Source of the DNA: a virus
IMG/VR virus record: IMGVR_UViG_3300025669_000020
Span: 32,001 to 96,000 of that record
DNA length: 64,000 nucleotides
Strand: one strand, 5' to 3'
Shown: one piece after another, positions 56,545 through 62,942 of the stretch
Position numbering within the stretch: position 1 is the first letter of the stretch
Layout: each line of letters opens with the position of its first letter
The notes under the pieces: model-generated
Told to the model about the DNA's origin: nothing
Database searches by the model: none
What the model saw: only the letters and a program-made list of their open reading frames with translations
Program-made: the position numbers and the translations under genes

Positions 56545-57720
56545 TTACCCTCGCACAAGGTAGCGGCGTGCCCAGCCGGGCTTGCAGGACTCGTCCTGTT
56601 CCAGCATGGTGGCCTTGACCCACAGGGTGTTGGCGTAGCGGTTGCGGTTCTTGGTGTTGTCCACGGCGATGCCCACGAGCCCATCGCTCAGGCGGAAGAA
56701 GAAGGCCAGGCCCTCGGCTCCAGCGTTGGCACCCTCAGTGATTCGCACCCAGGCATTCTTGGGGATGTCCGTGGCGGCTTCCACCGCTGCCTCGCGGGCA
56801 ACCTCGCGGGCGTCGGCACGGCGCTGGCACTCAGCCAGGATATCCAAGGCCCACTGCGGGCGGGCATCCCAGCCTTCCTCATCTTCGAGGACGGCCCACA
56901 GATTGTCCACTCCGCTGCTGGTTTCCGTGTCCACGAACACGAGGTTCATGCGATCCTGGGCGGTCTTGGAACCGTCCACGGAGATGCCCACGCGGCCCCC
57001 TTCCTGACTGACCCACAGCACCAGCCCTGACATACCCTTGGGGAACTTGCGGGAGCGGGGGTTGATGCCCTTGACCCAGGAGCCCTTCACGGGGGCGTGT
57101 TGTGCCTTGTAGGTGTCCTTGAGCTGCCGGATGTAGCGGCTACGGCGGTGGGCGAGGTCACGGGCCTTCTGCCACGCTGCATATGCTTCCCGCACTTCGG
57201 GGGTAGCGTCGGGGGTGGCGCTGTTGGGGTACGTCCATCCACGGGTGGAGGCGTAGATGAAGGTGTCGATGCCGTCACCGTCCCACACACCCACGGTGAA
57301 GTCGGAGTCATGGTAGCCGTTCCGCTCGCCCGTGTGGAGCACGAGGCCCACATGGGAGGTTTCCATGTAGAGGGGGCCCATGGTGCGGCAGGCTTCCGTG
57401 TAGCGGTCAACCTTGGTGGGCTGGCCCTCAGCGTCCAGCACCCATTCGCCGTCAGCGTTGACCTGGGCGTCGTACCGGCTTTCCTTGTGGTAGCGGGTCA
57501 GTACACACTCAGGGGTGAGGGTCAGGTCGGCACCGGCACGCCGGGTCTTGGAGTGGGCGCAAAGGCGACCGTGATGGACACCTTCTTCATGTCCATGGTA
57601 GTTGGAGACTCTCTCCACCTTCTTGCCGTTGACGAGCCCACGCTCGTCGGCCTCACCCGCCGCGACGGCGGCATTGTAGGCTTCGTAGGTAGCTTCATTG
57701 GTCATTTGACGGACGGCCAT
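56545..57720 (-). CDS. hypothetical early protein with two KOW/SH3-like repeats
   Basis: KGSWV..G.V.W..RVGI and KNAWV..G..F..LVGI; GGAG RBS; class A promoter upstream. Confidence 0.7.
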   Translation of the reverse strand: MAVRQMTNEATYEAYNAAVAAGEADERGLVNGKKVERVSNYHGHEEGVHHGRLCAHSKTRRAGADLTLTPECVLTRYHKESRYDAQVNADGEWVLDAEGQPTKVDRYTEACRTMGPLYMETSHVGLVLHTGERNGYHDSDFTVGVWDGDGIDTFIYASTRGWTYPNSATPDATPEVREAYAAWQKARDLAHRRSRYIRQLKDTYKAQHAPVKGSWVKGINPRSRKFPKGMSGLVLWVSQEGGRVGISVDGSKTAQDRMNLVFVDTETSSGVDNLWAVLEDEEGWDARPQWALDILAECQRRADAREVAREAAVEAATDIPKNAWVRITEGANAGAEGLAFFFRLSDGLVGIAVDNTKNRNRYANTLWVKATMLEQDESCKPGWARRYLVRG

Positions 57721-57744
57721 TTTGTTTTCTCCGGTGAGGACACC

Positions 57745-57775
57745 TATACTACGCAGGCTCCTTCAGAAATGAACC
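57745..57775 (-). promoter_or_regulatory. class A promoter-like motif GGTTCA-N15-GCGTAGTATA
   Basis: Identical 10-mer and spacing to 61487-61517. Confidence 0.6.
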
Positions 57776-57827
57776 AAAAAGAATCTGATCTTTTTTGTTG
57801 CGCGATCTAGCCGGCCGGTTATTTAGC

Positions 57828-58466
57828 GGGGGCCTGGAAACAGGTTCTCTTTGAAGGCGCAAAAAAGCAACCTCATCCCAACCGGGAGACAGGACGTACC
57901 GTGAACCCGCAAGGGGGAGTGGAAGCGGCCCAGACCCAGGGGGAGATGAGGAGGCAGTGTCCTCCACGGCACATTTCGGGCTGACCCGCCAGGGTTTCAG
58001 TAATTAAGAAGTGTGTTGACAGAGGGCCTTTGGCGGAGTCCTCCAATCCGCCCATTTCGGAATCCATAGGCCATGGGTTGTGAAAGGGCAAGAGCGGGAG
58101 ACAGAAGTCAAGGCACGTTGCAAGGGTAAGGAAAAGGGTTCGTGTGCTCTCACCAGTACGGAACCCTTGGTGAACCCCGCGTAGCAAGCTGTCCCAGGAT
58201 AAGAGTCTACAGCTCTTGTCGGCGGTCATGTCTGTAGGACATGGTAGGTGTACCTGGACGCACCATTGGTCTGGTAGTGAGGTGTTAGGAGTCCGCTGCT
58301 CCCTTGAACGACACCAAAATGGAGTCCCGACAGGTTGATAAACCGAGAAGGGCCCCGACCCCCCAAACCTTCGGGTAGAAGGGGAGGCAAAAACGCAGTT
58401 CCGACCAAATTGGGTGCCCCGTGGCTAACGCTTCGGGGTGCTTCAATTTGGGGGGCTGCGGTTTTT
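57828..58466 (+). ncRNA. candidate large structured non-coding RNA (~640 nt)
   Basis: At least 12 helices with G-U pairs and GAAA/GCAA/UUCG loops; upstream TTGCGC-N16-TATTTA; terminal hairpin plus U-run; no credible ORF. Confidence 0.65.
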
Positions 58467-58578
58467 CAATTGTGTTTGTCTAAGGGGGGTGCTCAGTGAT
58501 GTTATGGGGGTAGCTCTCTGTTATGATGACATTCCTTGGCCCTTCTGAAGGCGTCCCCTGCGTGATTGTGGAGCTTGC

Positions 58579-58944
58579 ATGTCCGATTTCCATAGCCGTT
58601 ACCGAAACACCCCCACATTGGAGTGCTCCTCTGGAACGGCAGGTGGGGATATTTGGAAGCGGTACTATGAGGATCTGTCTGTTGGTGAGCGGGCCACAAT
58701 GTTGTTGTGGGCTCGGATGTACTTGCGTCCGATCAAGACCACAAACTGGCATTGTGACTGTGCTGTCATCAAGGAGCTGTTCGAGGGTAGCTCTGACGGC
58801 TTCAAGGTGACCGTCGACATGGTGCGGGGTGCACTGCTGGAATCTGGCTACACTCCCCATGATCACCGCCGTAAGCTCTGGTACTACAATGTGGGCCAGC
58901 GTGGTCTGAATGCCATGAAAAAGGAGTTGTCCAAGGGGGTCTAG
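58579..58944 (+). CDS. hypothetical protein
   Basis: GGAG RBS, 121 aa. Confidence 0.55.
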   Translation: MSDFHSRYRNTPTLECSSGTAGGDIWKRYYEDLSVGERATMLLWARMYLRPIKTTNWHCDCAVIKELFEGSSDGFKVTVDMVRGALLESGYTPHDHRRKLWYYNVGQRGLNAMKKELSKGV

Positions 58945-58968
58945 ATCCGATCTCGGTTGCGTAGTTAG
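58938..58968 (+). promoter_or_regulatory. class A promoter-like motif GGTCTA-N15-GCGTAGTTAG
   Basis: Spacing conserved. Confidence 0.45.
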
Positions 58969-58993
58969 TAGTGTGCGAACAAGGAGTTTCCAC

Positions 58994-60163
58994 ATGTCTA
59001 AAGCGCAATTCACTGAGAAGGAACAACAGGTTTGGGATAGCCTCCAGGGCACTCTGGGTAATGGTCTCACTACCTGGCAGCAGGAGAACATCGTCCGTGA
59101 CTTGGATGTGTTGTTCGGGCTGCGACCCACCTACATCAACCTGGGTGGCAAGCTCGTGGGGTACGACTGGGATGTGTACAGTCGGAACGTGCACATCAGG
59201 GACGGGTTCTGCACCGCGTACTACCATCCGCGGGACTGTGGTGTCATCACAGGAAGCAGCCCTGACAACTGGGGACAGTGGGCCCGCCTCCTGTTCGGGA
59301 AGAAGTCCCATGCCCATTCCCCCCGTCTGAGTCTCCCCCAGGATCTCTACCAGATGCTGCGGGACAGGGGCTACGCCAAGGTAGATGGTCCCCGTCGCCC
59401 CCATCGGTTCCTGTCTGTGGCCATGGTGTCCTTCTACATCGCGGCACAGACCGACGCATGGGACACCCCCCAGCAGATCGCCATGATGAGCGACATGAAG
59501 AAGATGCTGAAGCTGCACCGTGTCCAGGTCATCGACCTCGTGGTCAATGATGAGGGCGTTCAGCGGGTGCTGTCGGGTCCTCCCAAGGCAGACATCCTGG
59601 GTGCCTCCCCTGCCCCCATCGCCCCCTCTGGTCCCATCGCCCCCTCTGGTCTCATCGTGGTTGACTTGTTGGCTGATGAGATCAAGCTGCGCCGGGATCG
59701 GGAGCAGGCTGCCCATGTCGCCCTGGCATCCTTTGTGGATGATGTCACGGGGCCAGTGGCAGCCCAGGCACCGGAGTCCAGCCTTCTGGATCTCCTGGGT
59801 AGCAACGAGCCCCTTCTCCTGGATGAGCGGGACGATGCCGTGCCTGTCCCCAACCAGGACATCCAGGACTTGTTGGGGGGTTCCCCCGCTGTGGAACAGG
59901 ACGACATCCCCAGTGAGTCCCTCCAGATGGATCTCAGCCAGATGAACCCCCAGCAGCTCCAGGAGATGGTGACAGCCATGGAGCAGGAGCTGGAGAAGCG
60001 CAAGATGGCAGACATGGAGAGCTACTGCTCCAAGGCTATGATCACCGAGGGTGCCATCAACCCCATCCTGCGGACATATGAGACCCTGACGGTGCGCTAC
60101 CCTGATGGGACATGTCAGGAGTACGAGAGGGTACGGGAGAACCTCCTGCGGGATATCGGGTAA
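58994..60163 (+). CDS. hypothetical protein
   Basis: AAGGAG RBS before ATG 58994. Confidence 0.7.
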   Translation: MSKAQFTEKEQQVWDSLQGTLGNGLTTWQQENIVRDLDVLFGLRPTYINLGGKLVGYDWDVYSRNVHIRDGFCTAYYHPRDCGVITGSSPDNWGQWARLLFGKKSHAHSPRLSLPQDLYQMLRDRGYAKVDGPRRPHRFLSVAMVSFYIAAQTDAWDTPQQIAMMSDMKKMLKLHRVQVIDLVVNDEGVQRVLSGPPKADILGASPAPIAPSGPIAPSGLIVVDLLADEIKLRRDREQAAHVALASFVDDVTGPVAAQAPESSLLDLLGSNEPLLLDERDDAVPVPNQDIQDLLGGSPAVEQDDIPSESLQMDLSQMNPQQLQEMVTAMEQELEKRKMADMESYCSKAMITEGAINPILRTYETLTVRYPDGTCQEYERVRENLLRDIG

Positions 60164-60188
60164 TTCTCCTATAGGGATTGGGTGGTGA
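60158..60188 (+). promoter_or_regulatory. class B promoter-like motif GGGTA-N6-CTAT-N11-GGTGA
   Basis: Recurrent motif. Confidence 0.55.
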
Positions 60189-60196
60189 GGTGAAAG

Positions 60197-60340
60197 ATGT
60201 TCAAGAAAGAAAGCATCGCCATCACTACCCAGTCCCATAAGGTGGAGAGGGTGCCCCGGTCACAGACTCCTCAGGAGCGGCCACAGGCACCCAAGACCAC
60301 GAGCCGTGTTCCTACGGAGAAGATGGAATCGGGTAAGTAG
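60197..60340 (+). CDS. 47-aa late ORF (MFKKESIAIT...MESGK), below the ORF-track cutoff
   Basis: GAGGTG RBS and its own class B motif. Confidence 0.5.
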   Translation: MFKKESIAITTQSHKVERVPRSQTPQERPQAPKTTSRVPTEKMESGK

Positions 60341-60361
60341 TCTATAAGGCAACCTGTGTAG
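60331..60361 (+). promoter_or_regulatory. class B promoter-like motif GGGTA-N6-CTAT-N11-TGTAG
   Basis: Recurrent motif. Confidence 0.55.
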
Positions 60362-60375
60362 TTACCGAGGTTGTC

Positions 60376-60954
60376 ATGCACGAAGCGAAAATGCGTTCCC
60401 GGCTCATCCGCCTGGCTTATGCACGCCCCGAGCACCGGGAGCGTTTGCTCCCTCTGCTGCGGAGTGGGGCTTCCACCCCTCGCTCCCAGGTGTCTCAGGC
60501 AGTGATGAAAGTCCGGAGCATCTTGGGGGAGATGGTCAAGGACATGTCGGTACACATCGAGGAGGCGGAGGCCAACAGCAAGGAGACGGGGGGGACGGTC
60601 TTCTACACCACCCGTGGTGAGGTCTGTAATGCGGGGAGGCAGTTGGCAGACGAGATCAGGGCAGCTGGTGTGCCGAAATTCAAGGGTGTGCGGCAATCTG
60701 TCGGGACGTACAGCAGCCCCAGCGATTGGGGTCTTCCCCGCACGGGGAGAGCCTCAGCCAAGAATCTCTGGAGACGCCTGCAGCGGCATCTGTTGAATGT
60801 GCAGGTGGTGTTGCAGAAAACCGCTGTGGAAATGCTCCCTCTCGTAGAGGATATGCCTTTGGAGGAGCGTGTGAGGTGGGCTCGTTTTGTGGAGGACACG
60901 TTCTGCGACATGGGAATGGCTGCAGGCCGACAGTTCGATCAGCTCGTGTCCTAA
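60376..60954 (+). CDS. late protein with N-terminal LIRLA motif
   Basis: MRSRLIRLAYARPEHRERLLPLL shared with 19415. Confidence 0.65.
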   Translation: MHEAKMRSRLIRLAYARPEHRERLLPLLRSGASTPRSQVSQAVMKVRSILGEMVKDMSVHIEEAEANSKETGGTVFYTTRGEVCNAGRQLADEIRAAGVPKFKGVRQSVGTYSSPSDWGLPRTGRASAKNLWRRLQRHLLNVQVVLQKTAVEMLPLVEDMPLEERVRWARFVEDTFCDMGMAAGRQFDQLVS

Positions 60955-60995
60955 CAGGGGTAGAGTGGGCTATTACCAGCCCTGTGAGTTTAGAG

Positions 60996-61277
60996 ATGTC
61001 AGCCTATGACCGTGTAGATTGCGATGTCCGGGTGGGGGATCTGGGGCTTGGATCATTCTCCAATTCCCTACGGATTCTCCCCGAGTCGGGTTCCGAGTGC
61101 CTGCTGGACTTCTGCCTCTACTCCTCTGTGGAGGGGACTGCACAGGTTGTAGCCCGTGTGCGGGTGCACCGCAGTTTCCTCCCGCTGCTCAAACAGCGGA
61201 TAGAGGATGCCATGGGTGAAATGCTGTCCCAGGATGAAGACAGCTGGGTTCTGCTATGCACGCCTGCTGAGGGTTAG
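60996..61277 (+). CDS. hypothetical protein (DUF3467-like pattern)
   Basis: FSN..E.LLDF..VVARVRV..L; start uncertain. Confidence 0.45.
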   Translation: MSAYDRVDCDVRVGDLGLGSFSNSLRILPESGSECLLDFCLYSSVEGTAQVVARVRVHRSFLPLLKQRIEDAMGEMLSQDEDSWVLLCTPAEG

Positions 61278-61471
61278 AACAGGGTGTCCACCACACTGCC
61301 GATCTCACTGCTGATTTCGGTATAGCCCCTCTTGGCAGGTTCTTCCCGCTCGGGGCTTTCTGTGGAGTTGGGGGGGGTACAAGGGAAGGCGCAGGTAGGG
61401 GCGTTGGCGCTCGGCCTGCTCCTTTCCTGTTCCTGTTCCTGGATTTTCTCGATGACCCACGCGTCGAGCAT
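61274..61471 (-). CDS. small hypothetical protein MLDAWVIEKI...
   Basis: GAGGTG RBS and class A promoter. Confidence 0.6.
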   Translation of the reverse strand: MLDAWVIEKIQEQEQERSRPSANAPTCAFPCTPPNSTESPEREEPAKRGYTEISSEIGSVVDTLF

Positions 61472-61486
61472 ACTGCACCTCTCAAT

Positions 61487-61517
61487 TATACTACGCAGAA
61501 TAGGAGGATTCTGAATC
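61487..61517 (-). promoter_or_regulatory. class A promoter-like motif GATTCA-N15-GCGTAGTATA(AT)
   Basis: Matches 57745-57775. Confidence 0.6.
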
Positions 61518-61554
61518 TCTTGGGTAGAGTAAGGCGATCTCCTAGGAGGAATAT

Positions 61555-62505
61555 ATGCCCCAGCCCATCGTTTTCAAGCCTGGCACCTTCCAAACATTCC
61601 GAGCAACTACCCAGATCGCGATGCCCGAGGGCCTCGACATCCCGAGTGGGTACATCAGCATGGATGCCATCATCCAGTACGATGGACAGACCCTCAAGTA
61701 CGGCGGGGGCACCTACAATGTGTCACAGCTGCGGTCAGCCATCAAGGCTGGGTGGTTCGTGCCCGAGGCGGACACCACCACGAGCTATGTCCCCCAGCCC
61801 GCCAACGTGGCCATCCACAAGGCCACGTCTGCCAATGAGCTGCGTGGGGAGCCCATGACGGTCTCCACCGTGGATGAGGAAGAGCGTGACCTGGGCAGCA
61901 TCAAGTCCATCATGGGGCGCGAGGCCCCGAAGGCTGTGAGTGCTACCGAGGATGGGCAGGTGGTCTCCACGATCAAGACGGCAGCCAAGCAGCACACTGT
62001 CCTCAAGGACAGCCATGCCGCCACCGCAGCCATCCGCAAGCTGGACAACACGCCTCCCCCCAGGGCGGAGGCTGTGAAGAGGGCTGTGGCCACTGGTGAC
62101 GTTCAGGAAGCCAGGATGGGTGAGGGGCTGGAAGACATCCTGCCCGACGCCGAGTCCGCTGGAACTCCCGAGCCCGGTATGGCTGGTGAAGGCGACATGC
62201 CCCACCTGACAGCGGAAGAGAGGGCTGAAGCCCTGCGCCAGGCCCGCCTCTCCAAGATGGCAACCGCCAAGGCAGCTCCTGTGCCGGAGCCGGAGCCCGA
62301 GGCACCCGGTGACAAGGCCCTTCGGGATGCCAAGATCGCCGCACTCCAGGCTGTCATTCCTGGGTTCAAGTGGGACATGAGCGTGCACTGGCGCACCCGC
62401 GTCAAGGTGGCCCTGACCCACAAGGACGATCCGGTCTACATGAACGGCATCATGGCTGTCGAGATAGACGCCGTGAAGAAGCACGTGCAGAAAGAACTGG
62501 CATAG
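61555..62505 (+). CDS. hypothetical protein
   Basis: AGGAGG RBS, strong codon bias. Confidence 0.7.
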   Translation: MPQPIVFKPGTFQTFRATTQIAMPEGLDIPSGYISMDAIIQYDGQTLKYGGGTYNVSQLRSAIKAGWFVPEADTTTSYVPQPANVAIHKATSANELRGEPMTVSTVDEEERDLGSIKSIMGREAPKAVSATEDGQVVSTIKTAAKQHTVLKDSHAATAAIRKLDNTPPPRAEAVKRAVATGDVQEARMGEGLEDILPDAESAGTPEPGMAGEGDMPHLTAEERAEALRQARLSKMATAKAAPVPEPEPEAPGDKALRDAKIAALQAVIPGFKWDMSVHWRTRVKVALTHKDDPVYMNGIMAVEIDAVKKHVQKELA

Positions 62506-62512
62506 CCGTCCT

Positions 62513-62543
62513 CGGTCGCTGTCCTATAGTTATGCTCCGGTAG
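62513..62543 (+). promoter_or_regulatory. class B promoter-like motif CGGTC-N6-CTAT-N11-GGTAG
   Basis: Recurrent motif. Confidence 0.6.
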
Positions 62544-62567
62544 AGCTTTAGCTACCGGAGCATTGCC

Positions 62568-62942
62568 GTGAGTGCAGAAAAAAACGCCAACAGCCAGGCA
62601 ACTTGGGCTCTCCTCACGGAGAGCGTCTCGTCAGCACGGCTGAATGCTTACCGTCTAAGTCACCTTGTACAAAGGGCTCTCGCCTTGGTGGAGAAGTCCA
62701 CCCACAAGGACCATCTGTACCAGGTCGCGGGGGATGTCATCCAAGGGCTTCCAGAGCGCCTGGAGCGCCTGGAAGGGGACTTGGATAGGACTTCCTATAC
62801 ATTGTCCCGCCTTGCAGAGGATTCCTTGAGGGACCGCCTGCCTCTCGCAGACCGTGCCTTGGTGGATGAAGCCCTGCACAAGCCCAAGACGGCTTCTGCA
62901 TCTCGGGTGGGTGCTCGCTTCTTGCAGAAGTTGGAGAGCTGA
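62568..62942 (+). CDS. putative internal head protein (KNA, KTA and C-terminal RVGARFL)
   Basis: Motif content and late promoter. Confidence 0.6.
   Translation: MSAEKNANSQATWALLTESVSSARLNAYRLSHLVQRALALVEKSTHKDHLYQVAGDVIQGLPERLERLEGDLDRTSYTLSRLAEDSLRDRLPLADRALVDEALHKPKTASASRVGARFLQKLES

Noticed and set aside
57828-58466. tRNA, tmRNA or RNase P in the structured region
   Set aside because: No T-loop GTTCRA with an acceptor stem, no CCA end, no GAGGAAAGTCC signature recognised
47736-59650. Short tandem duplications (EASET at ~47740, GGDEG at ~49420, PIAPSG at 59615-59650)
   Set aside because: Ordinary low-complexity linker expansions
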